From Lama glama (lineage: Eukaryota), in NCBI GenBank assembly GCA_028534125.1, contig CM052817.1, positions 88,166,001 to 88,230,000 of the forward strand: a stretch of DNA of 64,000 nucleotides. The letters run 5' to 3'. The stretch's first letter is position 1, and every line of letters starts with the position of its first letter. The notes below the pieces were generated by a model. It did no database searches. It had not been told where the DNA came from and saw only the letters and a list, made by a program, of their open reading frames with translations. Of this stretch, positions 38,670-52,123 are shown in pieces. The translations under genes and the position numbers were made by a program.

Positions 38670-39130
38670 TTTGTTTAATTGATGCACAGTTCTTCATTTT
38701 ATGAATGTACTATATAGTTTATTGTTATAACATAGAAATACTGGAAACAACCTATGTGTCCCTACATGGAAGAGCAATTGAATACATTATGATATGTAAT
38801 AATTTTATGTATTTGTATATTGGTATTCTGGGTGTTTGTTGTATCTTCCAAGTTGATGCCTGGAAGTGGGGTTTTGTGGGTTGAAAGGTAAGTGCACATG
38901 CAGGTTAAGTTTTGTTAGGTATTATCAAATTTTCTCCCGGAAGGGTTGTACCAGATTGCATTCCCACCAGCAATGTATGAGAGAATCTATTCCCCAACAG
39001 CCTCACTAATTTTTAACCTTTGACAGTGATATATACAGATGGTATCTCAATGCTGCTTTACTTTTTATGCTTCTAACTATAATGAGTTTGCACATGTTTT
39101 CATATATTTGAGAGACATTTTTATATTTTC
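38670..39130 (-). mobile_element. Older L1MC4/5-like fragment with an internal micro-inversion
   Basis: cctggaagtgggg...gggttgtaccagattgcattcccaccagcaatgtatgagag... is antisense L1, but 38724-38780 reads in sense orientation. Confidence 0.7.
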
Positions 39131-39689
39131 TTTATCCAGGGTCTGCATACTAGATTTTCTTGATGAAAGTTTGTCTCTATTTAAATCTTTTTAATACAGA
39201 TAAGCACATAACCCTGCAAAATGTAAAGGTTTAAAAAGTTTATTTATATTATTATTGTTTTCCCTTGGTACTTACGATCACTTAATGGAATAAAAACTTA
39301 AAAAAAACATGAAATAAAATGCATCTCACATTTTGTAGACAAGTCCCAGGGGCATTCATTTTAAATCTTTTGAAAAATATTTGTAGCACATCCTATAAAT
39401 TGTAATACAATTTTCCTTTTGACTTAATCATGATTAAAGTATATCTTTGGTATATAATCTGAACCTAAATAGCAAAAAGTATTGTCTCTGTTCAGTTAAA
39501 GTCACATTCATTAATTATTTATATAGTTTTAAAACTCTAGAAATAGCATAGGAAATTCAAGTCATATATTATTATTATGAAAATGTAATTTCCTTGTGGT
39601 ATTGAATAAGTTTCTCAGTGTATAAAAAATGTCTTCATAACCTTATCTCTTTTTAAGATCTCACTATTACTCTTAATTAGTTTTTCCAG

Positions 39690-39855
39690 TACATTGGTTT
39701 TCAAATTCAGAATCACCTGGAGGGTTTAAGACAAAGAGTGTCTCCCTCACAGCATCTCTGATTTTCAGGTCTGTGATGGAGCTACAAGACTTGTCTATCA
39801 AGTGCCCAATTGATGTTGATGCTGCTGTTTTGGGAATCTCACTTTGAGAACCAGT
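39690..39855. mobile_element. MER5A hAT-Charlie MITE
   Basis: tcagaatcacctggagggtt...tctgattttcaggtctg...gatgttgatgctgctg...cactttgagaacca. Confidence 0.8.
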
Positions 39856-42404
39856 TTTGTTTAAGAATGACAAGTCATTCTACGTTCTTCTTTCAGACTG
39901 AGAAATAATACTTAAAAGTAATACTTACTGGTTAATGAACTATATAGGTTTTCTGTTGCATGAAAATGTGCAATAACTGTTCATAGAATTTTTCTGCCCC
40001 TGGAAAGATAACTAAATTCTAAACACTTTCTTGATTCAGAATCAAGGGAAGAAGTTCAGTTTGTTAAAGAATAGTTATAAAAATAATGGGAAATTAAACT
40101 CATTTTCTGTCATTTGACACAATATTGTAGAACTAAATTTCATTTAATTTTATAAAATTAGAGATATAAAGATTATATTTAACAAACCTAATATAATCAC
40201 AAATGGAGATCAATAATTTTTGAAGTATGATTATTTGTATCAGCACAGTTTAACATGTAGTATCTCAGTAAATACTTATTTTTCCATTTTATTTTTTTCA
40301 TACTGAAACAATGCTACCATAGTTACAGAAAAAGTATTTTATTCATTCATTTAACTGATAATTCACACCTTAAAAAATGATAAATGTACTCCAGGGTTAT
40401 ATTTAATCTCTGAAATAAGGGTTTATTTTGTCAATTCATTTTCTTTGATTATTATTTATCCTTACTGATACAGAGACTAGGAATTATAATGCTAAATAAA
40501 ATGTGTGCCTTAGGTTACAGAACACAGTTTAGAAGATTGGGCTCTTATCTGGGAAAGGACAAGTAAATGTAATAAAATAAATGATTAATAAAAACATCAC
40601 CGAACGAGGGAAAGGTCAGCTAGAGGATAAAAAATTATTGGAAATTCCAGAAATTACAAAATAACAATGTAGAATTGGTGACTTAACACAAGTATGAGGA
40701 TGAGTTGCGTGTATACAGGGTAGGAGAAGGCACTTCAGGAGATGCCAAAGCAATGAAAATGCAGAGGCTTCAGGTGATACGGCAGAGATCAAAAGCAAGG
40801 TACCTGAAAAAAGGAATTAGGTTCAGATGAAGAAGGCTGATCATATAGGCAGTGAGCTTTAGAAGCAAGGGATGGAGATCCAGACTCAGTGACCAGAATG
40901 AAGAAATAGTCCCAGAAGGACTAAGAATGGACATAAGGAGAGGCTTCTTTCTCAGGGGAAATTAGACATAGTCTTAAGATGAGAGAAAAATACAAGAGTC
41001 TATTAAGAGTAAAATTCTAAAACTGGCATAAAAAATTAAATACTGCTTAGAAACAAACAAACAAAAAAGAAATGCCAGTTTTGAATCGAGTTACAAATAC
41101 AGGGCAAAGATAGCAGCGTCATAGTTACCTAAATTTTGAATGTATTCTTAGGAGTTCTCTAGTTATTCATCTTCATTTTTCAAAGGTGAGACCCAGAAAT
41201 GTGCATGGGCCTGAAATTGAAGTTTAAATTGCTCTAGTTTGCAGATATAAAAAATAACAAGCCCTGGGCCAGGCAAGACATCAACATGCATCTATAGTAA
41301 CACTGCACCATAATTAGTAACTGGATGTATTACTTAGATATATTTACTTATAAAGAAATAATATTTGAAGTGAGTTATAGAACAAAAGAAATATCATTTC
41401 AGAGAATCAATTACTATCACTTAAAGCTCGAATTACTGAACTAATACCCTTGTTCACTTTAAGTATACATAGATGTCTGTGGATATATCGGGACCACAAT
41501 TTCAGGAATTCGTACAGTCCCTCTTGTCACTTGTTGTCTACTAATGAGATAACTGTAAAGCAATAAATTCCCTGGAAGCATTTAGTTTACAGTTTTCTCA
41601 CTAAAAGCAACAATCTCTGGGGATCTATTTTTTTCTAGAAATACAGAGCAAGTTGTATCATATGCCACACAAATTTGAAGTGTAAAAACATTTCTTTTAA
41701 TTCTTCTGCTTAACCAAGGCAAGATTCCAAAGTGTGGAAAGCCAGCCCAGCACCCCCCTTTTCAGATTTCTACAATTTTAGGGAACAGCTCTATCTTATG
41801 CCACACTTTTTTTTTTTTGGTCCTGTGAGTAGGTACCTGAGAATAGGGACATTTTGAAATTCACCTCTTTCTTCTTCTTGTTCTCTTTCTTGCATAGAGT
41901 ATATATTTCTCTTTGAATCTTCAGGGTTTAGAGTTTATCAGTGAATGGCTGGTTATGTCTGTTTAAATCAGAACTGCAATATATAAGAGCGTTCACTTAA
42001 CACTAGTGTCACTCTTAGTATCAGGTGAAGTAGATTTCATACAAGGAATATTATAGGAGGTAAAGAGAGAAACTTCCTAATGATGAAACAGTAGGGACTT
42101 CAATAGGTAGCTCGCCAAACTTCTCCCACCCCTTCAAGGTAGTGTTTGCTTTTATGCATATGTGTGTGGCTTTTGAGGCCTAAGAAATGAAGAACGGGCT
42201 TTCCCAGGTCTAGATTATGTGCACAGGCCCCTGGGTCCTTAGCAAGCAGGTTTTAGAGATGAGGGACATTCTTTGGCTAATTGAACCAGGTCTGCTGAAA
42301 AGAAGACATCTTGATTTTAGTGCTGACTAAGTATTAGTGAAAACCTGGATTTAAATTGCTAGTGCTAGGCCAGGTAGGAAAAAAAATCAGAATGCTAAAT
42401 TTGT

Positions 42405-43520
42405 ATTCATTTTATCTCTTATTTTCTTAATTTAGTGTATGTAGAAGTTAATCCATTTTATTGACCTTGTCAAAGAAACACCTTTGGTTTCACATTTTAC
42501 TTCTTGTTTGTGGGGTTTTATTTCACAAATTTCTACTTTTATCATTATTATACTATTATAATGATTAGTAGTAGTATATTATATAATTATTGTTTCCTTC
42601 CTTCTAGCATTTTATGCTTAGATTTTTTTTTCCTTTTTCAGCTTCTTAAGGTAAAAACCTACATAATTGAGTTTAAATATGTTCCCCTTAATGTAGTAAT
42701 TTAACGCTGTACACCTTCATCTAAGCACTCCTTTACTGTATTTCATACAGTTTGAGACATTTTTATTATCATTTCTGATTTTCTTTATGATTTCCTTCCT
42801 TGGGTTTTGGGTCTTTTATTTTTTCATGGGTGATTTAGTAGGTTTTTTTCCTTAATTTCTGAATATTGGGGGAGATTACAGATATCTTGGTGGTGTTTCA
42901 TTTCTTTAAATGCATTGGTGTTCATGTTTATCTTCAAGCATATGATCTGCTTGGTTAATGTTTCAGGTGCACGTGACAAAGACTGTGCAGTCTGCAGCTC
43001 TTTAATGTAATATGCAATAAATATCAGGTCAAGGTGGTTTGCATTATTCCAATTCACACATTTCTGAGAGAGGGATGTTAAAACCTTCACTTATGACAAT
43101 TTGTGTTTCTCCTTTCAATTTCACTAGTCTTTGCCATGTGTTGTTGGGTATATATATGTTATATATGTATTGAAACTCTTTTTACCTCCTGACGAATTGT
43201 CTAATCATTAGAAAATTCTCTCTTTATCTCCTACAGTACTCCTCATATGAAATCTGCTTCGTCTGATATTATCATCTTATGCTTCCTGTTTGTATGGTAC
43301 AAAGATTTCTGTTTACTTTTAACCCAGGTCTATCTTTACTTTTAAAACGTATCTGTTATAGAGAACATAGAGATGAGTATTTTCTTTTGAATCCCATCTA
43401 AAAACCTCTGCATTAGCCCATTTAGACGATTAGTTTTAGGTGGTAAGTTTATCACCTTGCTAATTTTTTCACTACTTTTAATTGACTTTCATTACTTCTT
43501 TTTTTCCTCTTTTCCTGTCT
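42405..43520 (-). mobile_element. Old L1 (L1M5/L1ME) ORF2 endonuclease-region fragment
   Basis: tcaaagaaacacctttggtttc...catctaagcactcctttactgtatttcataca...ttggttaatgtttcaggtgcacgtgacaaagactgtg...gagagagggatgttaaaacc. Confidence 0.65.
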
Positions 43521-43597
43521 TATACCTCTTTTTTTGAGAAACTCAGTGGTTTCTAACATGTTTTAAAAATATACAGGCATTGAAATAAATGTCACCA

Positions 43598-43805
43598 TCA
43601 GTAGATTTTAACAGTTCTCTCTCTCACACACACACACACACACACGCACACCATACACATTGTGACTATGTGAGGTGATAGTTTTGTTAAGTAACCTTAT
43701 TGTGGTAAGCATTTGGAATATATATAGCTAGCAAATCATTATGCTGTATACCTTAAACTTACAAAATGTTATATGTTAATTATATTTGAATACAGCTGAA
43801 AAAAG
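43598..43805 (+). mobile_element. Short L1 3' terminal fragment with CA run
   Basis: gtagattttaacagttctc...gactatgtgaggtgat...aaatcattatgctgtataccttaaacttaca...gctgaaaaaa. Confidence 0.75.
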
Positions 43806-43919
43806 ATCCCACAAAAACTGACCATGGAGAAATTCTCAATAAATCTCCAAAAGAAAGCGGTACAGATAACATTGATTTTGATGCAGTGAAACTAGAACTT
43901 AAAGACAAAATGGGAAAAC

Positions 43920-43972
43920 AATGAATGAATGAATGAATGAATGAATGAATGAATGAGTGAATAAATAAATAA
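43920..43972. repeat. (GAAT)n followed by (AAAT)n microsatellite
   Basis: Read directly from the sequence. Confidence 0.95.
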
Positions 43973-44372
43973 AATCTTTACAATGGAATTTAGGGCATAA
44001 GGGAGAAAAGTAGGGGGGACTTACTAAAATGGAACTTTTTTTCACTACTGGAAACACAGGTCATATGAATATATTGAGGCATGCCTCTTGCCTGACATTA
44101 GCAAGAAAGGAAGGGAAAAGAGAATTGTGTCAATTTACATCATTTGATTGCATCAATAGGTTTTGTAAAATGTGCTTGATTTGTTATAGATCCTATTATA
44201 TGTGTTGCAAAATCCAATTTTAAATTCTGTTGTAATTTCTACATCATTGTAGGGTCCTGAAATACTGACAAAGATTATTTCTTTACTTAGCAGCCAACAT
44301 TAAGAGATAGTTCTCATAAATGTGAAGACTAAATATTCAATGGCAGGTGCTTTAAATTACTCCAGAAAATTT

Positions 44373-44566
44373 AAAAAGAAAGGAAGGAAGGAAGGAAGGA
44401 AGAAAGACAGAAAGAAAGAAAGGAAGGAAGGAAGGAAGGAAGGAAGGAAGGAAGGAAGGAAGAAGGAAGGAAGGAAGGAAGAAAGAGAAAGAAAGAGAAG
44501 GAGGAAGGAAGGAAGAAAGGAAGAAAGGAAGGGAGGAAGGGAAGGAGGGAAAGAAAGAAAGAAAAC
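44373..44566. repeat. (GGAA/GAAA)n polypurine tract
   Basis: About 190 nt of almost pure A/G on the plus strand; source of the low-complexity ORFs at 44322-44613. Confidence 0.97.
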
Positions 44567-45767
44567 ATAAGAATAGGTTTGTTTTTATTACTTCCATGCA
44601 CCAGTGTATTCATTTATGTTATGTCTGATAATTTAAATGCTATCCTCTGATTTGATTTAAAGGAGTGGGGACTTTCCTAAGCAATTCATTAGTTTGTGAA
44701 GTTATAATCAGATTTATTTAAAATCACATTCCTATGTGAGCTAATACTTTGTATTATAGACAGAGAATATCGTAATATGTTATCTGCAGTGAATAGCATT
44801 TCAAGTTGGACCTCACTGAATGTGGCCATCTTTGCTTTTCACCTCCCCTGATGAAATCATTGCAAGTTTTGGAACCTAAATAAAGAATCTTAGAAAATAG
44901 CAATAGGAGGTTGGTATGAGATTAGTGAGTGACATTTTATGAAACAGTTTCTCATCTTGCATGAAGAAACTTTGACTTCAGTTTGAATTAGAGCACAAAA
45001 AGAATTTCAAGACTCATACTTTAAAAGAAAAATAACCTGGATAATTTATACTATTCAGATTCAACAGGTAAATTCAAATGTTGGGTCTGCTTACTTTACT
45101 TTCTTACATAAGTAAAACTATCTATTTTCTACTTCTTAGGAGTAATTTATTCATCTCAGATGGTTAAGCACTATAGAAAGATATAATATAGTGGTATGTA
45201 GTTTTTTTTTTAAATTGTGCTCTTATTTCTAACACCGACTATGTCTCCTAAAAGATTACACACTCTAAACTAGAACTTTTTTTCATATTCTTTGTATTAA
45301 AGGCCTTTTTCTTTGTATTAAAGGTCTTAACATGTGGGAGTCACAGTGACTTTATAAGACTCCAGGGGCAAAAAAGGAAAGAAAGCCGTCAGACTGCAGA
45401 TGCAGGTAACAGTGAGAGTAACTAGCTATAGGACACAGAAAGGTCCAGGTAATATGGGCAGGCATTATGGGCAGATGTGCTGCAAAGAAGTAGAGAAGCA
45501 CATACACTAGGAGCTGGGTTATGTACTTCATGGTTCCAAAGGACCTGCATGGGTATAGCTCAGGGTTTCCAGTGATCTCTTGACCCCATGTAAATGTTGG
45601 ACTGGAATGGGGCTTTCCCCTCTCAGCACTGGGAAACTAGTCTTGGACACTCTGATGGGAATACCTCTGGCTACAGCTTCTGGGAACTGAAAGTGCATTA
45701 AGAGGCCCTATTTAAGCCAGGTCAAAACCATTCATGTCTTTTGAAGCCAACACTTCCCTCAAAATAG

Positions 45768-46127
45768 ATCTGCTCAGGCTACTATAACAAAACGCTACCA
45801 ATTGGGTGGCTTAAACAATAGACATATATTTCTCACTGTTCTTGAGGCTGGGCAGTGCAATATTGAGTCTAGTCAATTTGCTTGAGGTGAGGGCCCTTTT
45901 CCTAGCTTACAGGCAGCCACCTTCTTACTGTGTCTTCACCTGGCAGAAAGATCAATTTCTCACTCTTCCTTTCTTATAAACTCTCTAATCCCATCATGAG
46001 AGCCTTACCCTCATGACTTCATCTAACACTAGTGACCTCTCAAAGGCCCCACCTCCAAATATAGTCACATTGGGGGTTAGAGTTTCAACATGTGAGTTTA
46101 TGGGGGCACACAAAGCAGTTCATGGCA
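45768..46127 (-). mobile_element. MLT1A-type MaLR solo LTR
   Basis: gctcaggctactataacaaa...gggtggcttaaacaatagac...ggccccacctccaaatatagtcacattgggggttagagtttcaacatg...cagttcatggca. Confidence 0.85.
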
Positions 46128-46339
46128 GTACCTGAAATGGAATGTACTAGCACTCACTATCCCATCGTTAGCTGATGAGATCTTGTTCACATGCAGCCCC
46201 TTTGGACCCCTTCACACAGCAAGAGTATTGGTTCTGAGGGTCCTGTTGCATTCAAGTAGCTCGTGGCTGTCTCATGGCCAAGTAAACAGGGGCAGCTTAA
46301 AATAATTACCCATTCCATCACACACTACTATGTGTAGAC

Positions 46340-46500
46340 CCGCTATATAGAAGCACAGAGAACAATATTAAATTTCTTGTAATAATATAATGAAAAAGAA
46401 TCTGAAAAGAAAAAAAAAATATATGTATAACTGAATCACTTTGCTGTACCCCTGAAACTAACATTGTAAATCAATTACACTTCAATAAGAAATTTTAAAA
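46340..46500 (+). mobile_element. Short L1 3' terminus (artiodactyl type)
   Basis: gtataactgaatcactttgctgtacccctgaaactaacattgtaaatcaattacacttcaataa, similar to 21550-21620. Confidence 0.8.
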
Positions 46501-47589
46501 ACAGACAAAAAAAGAAATATATTTTTATGCAAAGTGGTTGAGATAAATAGACCTCTATTATCACTTCAATGTTTTCCTTTTGTAATAACATTTCTGACTT
46601 TTGTAATAAAATTTCTGACTTCTTTTCATCTAAATTGATTCTTTGTGAGGATTTTTTTTTTTTACTATTTTTGTAGAATTTTGCTTTATTAACTTTATTT
46701 GACATTTGCTTGTTGCTTCATATAATAATTTTTGTTTAGTCTCCAGTGGCTTTAAATCTATAAGTAGAATATTAATTAACAAATACAGGCTGGAAAGAGT
46801 CCCAACACCATCTCAGGCAACCAAAATCCATGTGTAGGTGTTTAAAGAGTAGCAGATTCTGGTAACTGAGATAATGTTTGTGCTCTAACTATGTGCAAAT
46901 ATGACTGCAAAAAAAGTTAAACATTCTTTGAAAAACAAGCTAAGATATTTTTAAAATTCCAGCAGTTTTGAAATTATTTGTCTATGTAAATATAAATGAA
47001 ATTAATTTATCACAAAGATTTAAAGAGTTATTTTTAAACTTTAACAGCATTAGTAGTAATCTTTATATCTACAACAGTGTCATAGTTTGATGTGTCTTAG
47101 GCTTCATATTTTTAGGGACATGGAATGTTTATTACTTAGGCATGAGGTGACCTAGAGATGCATGTTAAACTGAACTCAAGGAGGAGAGTTCAGAGGAAGA
47201 TAAGTGGGTTTTATATTTTATCTCACTGAGACATTCCAAGAAACCAGTTGAGCGCAGAAGGTATTCTGTTTGTTTCTTCCTGTTGTCCATGGGTTTGCAT
47301 TGAGGACATTTTGCAGAGACTCCAAAGGCAGAGGCAGAATTGGCACTTGGTTATTCGGTACCACTTTTCCAGCACACTGGTGCTCGTGCGATTTTAAATA
47401 TGCAGACGCTAGACACCTCTGATATTCTAGTTTTTTGGGTGAGTAAATATCCAGATGCCTATAAATTTGAGAAAATGATTTTACCACTGAAATGAGATTT
47501 AAGATTTAAGGGGAGAGATGCAGTAGCGTCTAGACCTGGCCCTTTCCTTGTAACCCGTAATCAAACGTGGTCAAGTTCTAGAAGAAGCT

Positions 47590-48085
47590 CTTCTTTTCTT
47601 TTTCTCTAAGTGTTACTGTATTGTAATAAGAACACTTAACATGAGATCTATCCTCTTGACAAATTCTGAACATACAATATAGTATTGATAACTATAGACA
47701 CAGTGTTGTCCAGCAGCTCTCTACAATTTGCTCATCTTGCATAACTGAAGCTTCATGCCCGTTGACTAGTAAGCCCCACTGCCCCCTACCCCCAGCCCTT
47801 GGCACCACACACCTCTCTACTCTCTGATTCTATGAGTTTGACTAATTTGACTATTTTAAATACCTGATGTAGGTGGAATCAGGCAGTATTTATTTTTCTA
47901 TGATTGGGTTGTTTCACTTAATTTCAAGATTCATCCATGTTGACACATTGCAGAATATCCTTCTTTTTAAAAACTGAAGAATATCCCATTGTATGTATAT
48001 CTCACCTTTTCTTTAGACCCTCATCTGTTGGTGGATTACTTAGGTTTTTTCCACACCTTGACTATTGTGAATACTGCTGCAATGA
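47590..48085 (-). mobile_element. L1MA9-like 3' UTR fragment
   Basis: aagaacacttaacatgagatctatcctcttgacaaa...ctctctgattctatgagtttgact...; parallels 36395-36840. Confidence 0.85.
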
Positions 48086-50019
48086 AGAAAGCAATCCAGC
48101 AGCTAAAGAGGGCTGCTTTTCTTTTTTTTCCTTTTAAAAGCTATAATTAGATGTTTATTTGAGAGTGGAACCAGAGAATATTTTCTCTTAGACGAGTTCT
48201 CTTGGATGCAAGAATCTTTTTGAAATTCCACATTCCACTTGCTTTCACTAGAAGATAAATGTATTTAAGTAGGTCTTTTTCTAACAGGACTATTCTCTAA
48301 ATATCTAATTAGGAAAAAGTCATGAATGCATGTCACAATAAAACTTCCGTTCATTCAAAAATTCTAGTTGTAAGCCAAATGAAATTATGGTCTGCTTTGG
48401 TAGGTCTTAAGCCATCATTCTTGAAGGAGGAGGCATATTTGGATATAGGTTTTGAAGTGAAATGAGAGATTACTTCTTACCATGAAGTGATAATTTAAAA
48501 TTTAACCTCAATACTCAAAAGAACATTACGATTTTTTTTTGTCTCAGGGAAAAAAAATTCAGCTAGAAAATCTTATATGCCTATAGCAAAATCCTGAAAT
48601 TTTTACCAAAATCCTGCATTCGAGGAAATTCTGTGGGTCACTGAGTGGGAAGCTGACAGACACAAATATCTTCGTGTCAATCAGATGCTCTGTTGGAGAC
48701 TCAGTATCTCTGGGGTCCAACATCCACCTCACAGGCTGAGCAGCTGAGGCCTGGAGGAAAGTCCATGGCCACGACCAGAGGCCACCTCCAAGTCCCCGTG
48801 GTTCTCAAACTGTTGCTGTGATGTGAAGGCCTAGTCATGCCTCAAATGCTTCCTAGAATGTGCTGGAATGTGTACATATGTGCAAGTGTGTAGAGCAGGG
48901 ATGTGATAAAAGGAAAAGGTAGAATAGTTGTTCAAATTACTGCATCCACTTGTGATTTAGTGGGAAACTTCCTCAGGTTTCAAAACACTGAGAAATCTTA
49001 AATTTCAAATATTTAATTCAAATGGTCTTATAAGGTTTTTCATGAGAACTATAAATTCAGTTGTCTATGTTTCATACAGAGTTCAAATTGTGCCCTTTTT
49101 TTTTTACTAATACAGTAACTATATCATATACATGAATATTAATGTGGATGTATACTAGTTTATATTTTACACACAGACATGGCATTGTGGATGCTCCAGT
49201 TTTGATACTTAAATTGGATACTTAGTATACCTATACCTATACCTATACCTATACGGAGTGATTTTCTAGATAAGTAAACTCTTCTTAATGAAAAATCACT
49301 CATATAAGAGAGTAAGTGTTCAGAACACAAATGAAAAGCAGGAAACTGTAAAAAAGTTTTCCGAGTCGACGACATAGGAAAGACCCTGATTGATTGATCG
49401 ATGTGAGTAGATGTGATTGATTCAACAAAAAATCACATCGTCTATGTTCCAGCCATTATGCTGTAGACTGAGGCAGTTTGAACTCTAATTGAAAAGACAG
49501 ATGATTAAATCATTAACTATATTACTATATAATTAGTGCTATAATGAATGTATGGTTCAAGCATAAATATTTTAAACAAGTCTATGAAAATAAAGTGAAG
49601 TGCTTTCCAAACCAGCTATTTATTATATAGGACTTAGAAAGACAGAGAAATGGACTGAAATAATTAATTTTCTGAGTCTACTATGCAACAGCCACTATTT
49701 AAAATATAGTAAAATCATTTCCAAAACCAGTTATCTCATAGTTATTTTTTAAAAATTAGAAATAAAACACTTGACTCTTCAAGCTTGGGGCAGCAGATTG
49801 CAATTTCTATTCACAGCAATACCTAAATATTTAAAATACATGTAATTTTTAAAAGATATAGAAGCATATCCATTTTATAAAACTTGGAATAGGAAATAGC
49901 TATTTTCAAATAATTTTTAATAAGACTCTCTTATTTAAATAATAATAAATTAGATAGAGAGATAATGACTAATAATCATATGCCTGAAGCAGTTTAAATA
50001 TTTAGTTATAGTTCCACAA

Positions 50020-50645
50020 ACATCAGTCAAGCCCGTACTATACACCATACACTGAACCAGCTACTAAGCACTTGGTAATAAACAGAAGTGAGCAAAACAG
50101 ATAAAACCCTTGCCTTTATCAGATTTACATTGGAATTTAGCGTGACATGAAATTTTTAAGTGCAGTATATTTGAATAATAGTATTGATGATGATGATAGC
50201 AGCCAATACTCAGCTCCTGATGCAAGACAGGTACTTTCTGTGCTGTATGTAAATGAATTCATTTAATATTCTTGGTCAGAGAGGGTAAGTGCTGTGGAGA
50301 AACATCTGACAGGGCAAAGAGGAATCAAGTGTCCCTGTTAGAGGTGTCCACTGCAAAGAGGATGGCCAGGGAGGTCCTCACTGAGAAGACTTTTGACCAT
50401 GCTGATATCTGGGAATTTTCTAAGCAAAACTTTCAGATATGTGCACAAATGCCTAGTGTTTTCATAGAACATCAAGAGAGGCTTGAATGGAGAAAATGAC
50501 TAGTGGCCAGAGTGGCCATAAGAGAGGAAAAAAATGGAGAAATAGTCTGAGAACATGCATAGATAAATGTGTTATTTGCAGAACGATGGCATTTATGCCC
50601 AACAGAGGAAGGAGTTGCTGAGTTGTTGTTCCAGGGAAGTAGTGT
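50020..50645 (-). mobile_element. L2 fragment, left part (split by the ERV); may include a small MIR piece at ~50185-50270
   Basis: gtgagcaaaacagataaaacccttgcc...ggccagggaggtcctcactgagaagact; continues after 56019. Confidence 0.65.
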
Positions 50646-51108
50646 TGTAACCAAGCAGGAAGGACCCTAGGGGGCCTTCTTGGGACAGATCCCTCCAGTA
50701 TATCCTCAGCTGTAGCTCAGTCAGCTCTGAAGTACCCAGATAATAGTATCATGCAAATTTCCTGACTGTTTCAGATGCTAAAAACCACCACCAAATTGAA
50801 GAAATTAACTACTTGATGAGCATAAGCAGGTAACTCCCATACATTCTGGCACTTAAGGATTGATCACCATCAACCAATCGGAGAATTGTGCACAGCTGAT
50901 CACAGACTCTGAGCTGCCCCTCCCTCGGCTGGCCTTTAAAAATGCTCAGCTGAAACCCTTCAGAGAGCTCAGGGGTTTATGGGCATAAGCCACCCATTCT
51001 CCTAGCTTGGCCCAGCAATAAAGCTTTCTCTGCTCCAAATTCCAATGTTTCAATTTGTTTGGCCTTACCGCGTGTGGGGTGGGGCACACAAACTCGCCTT
51101 TGGTAGCA
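50646..51108 (+). repeat. 5' LTR of the ERV1 provirus
   Basis: Starts TGTAACC, has TTTAAAAA TATA-like box near 50935 and AATAAA at 51017-51022, ends TGGTAGCA; homologous to 55714-56015. Confidence 0.88.
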
Positions 51109-51866
51109 ATCTGCCTTCGGTAGCAATCTGGGAGAATTCAGCCTTGGACTCTGTGCCCGTGACAGGTCGACCCCCACCAGGGCAGCCCCTTCCATGGTCC
51201 CCATCAGCTGCCAGAGCTCATTTCGCTCCAGGGAACTGGAAGGGACTCCCCCTGATGGGTGCTGGCCGCCCCAAGGCATGAAGGTGTTTGGAGCCGAGAG
51301 CTGCAGTCTACAGTCTGTGTCTCTTGAAGGTAAGTCGCTCCAGCTTACACAGGCTGGGCATTCACTCCGCTCCATGTGGGCTCTTTCCCTGCTGGCAAGT
51401 GAGATGCTCTGGGCTCGCTGGGAGACACTCTGGGTCTGTTCTCTTTCAAGAGCTTGGCCTATCTGTTTAGAGGCCTCTTTCTGGGAGTGGAAGTGGAATT
51501 GTTGGGCTATACCTTGTCTGATCTTTTGTTTGTGGGACTGTTTGTTGTGTGTGTGTGTATTAATATATACACTGGCTGGTTGAGACATCTTTGGTGAGTA
51601 GCAGGGCTCACGTGTGTGGACAGCAGGGGATCCTGCCCTACTAAGTTGGTTCTACCTATGGTGGAGCATTGGATGGGCTTTTCCCTTCCCAGCCTTGGTC
51701 ATTCACTCAGCTTTGTCTCTGATGGGGCATCATTTGGGGTTCTTCCCTTTAGGATTGTTGGGGCACTGGAATTTTCCTTTTGGGTGCTAGGGAACTGTGA
51801 CCTTGAGAGACCATTTTGAATTGTGGTTTGCTTGATGTTTGATTACCTGGCTTTGAATAATTAAGT

Positions 51867-52045
51867 ATGGATGATCAGAGCTCTGTTCCATCTTAGAGTA
51901 GCCTGAGGGTATATTTCGCAAAACTGAGAGATCTTCAGCTATGCTTCCATAAATGAAAGAAAATGATTTTTTTTTTTAAGTTGTAACACTGTGTGGGCTC
52001 AGCAAGAGATCTGGAGAACAATGGCCCCTAATGGCTCTGCAGTTA
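51867..52045 (+). pseudogene. Gammaretrovirus-like gag matrix relic
   Basis: Frameshifted translation MDDQSSVP...GYISQN*EIFSY...KMIFF..CNTVWAQ...SGEQWPL matches ERV1 Gag N-termini (GCIL.NW..F...IFFCNT.WPQY...E.WP.NGS). Confidence 0.75.
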
Positions 52046-52082
52046 AATCCAAGTGGGCCTTTTGCAGTTTGGCTTTTATCGT

Positions 52083-52084
<2 letters not shown>

Positions 52085-52123
<39 letters not shown>

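Noticed and set aside
44322..44613. Three overlapping ~80-aa ORFs
   Set aside because: Translations of the GGAA/GAAA simple repeat.
45330..45760. GC-richer stretch, possibly an old LTR
   Set aside because: Could not assign a family, termini or TSD with confidence.
47404..47531. AGACGCTA/TAGCGTCT inverted pair in a mildly CpG-rich patch
   Set aside because: An 8-bp inverted repeat over ~110 bp is expected by chance; no TSD or family match.
50977..51588. 203-aa (-) and 129-aa (+) ORFs
   Set aside because: They lie in the GC-rich ERV LTR/leader and resemble no protein I recognise; typical chance ORFs.
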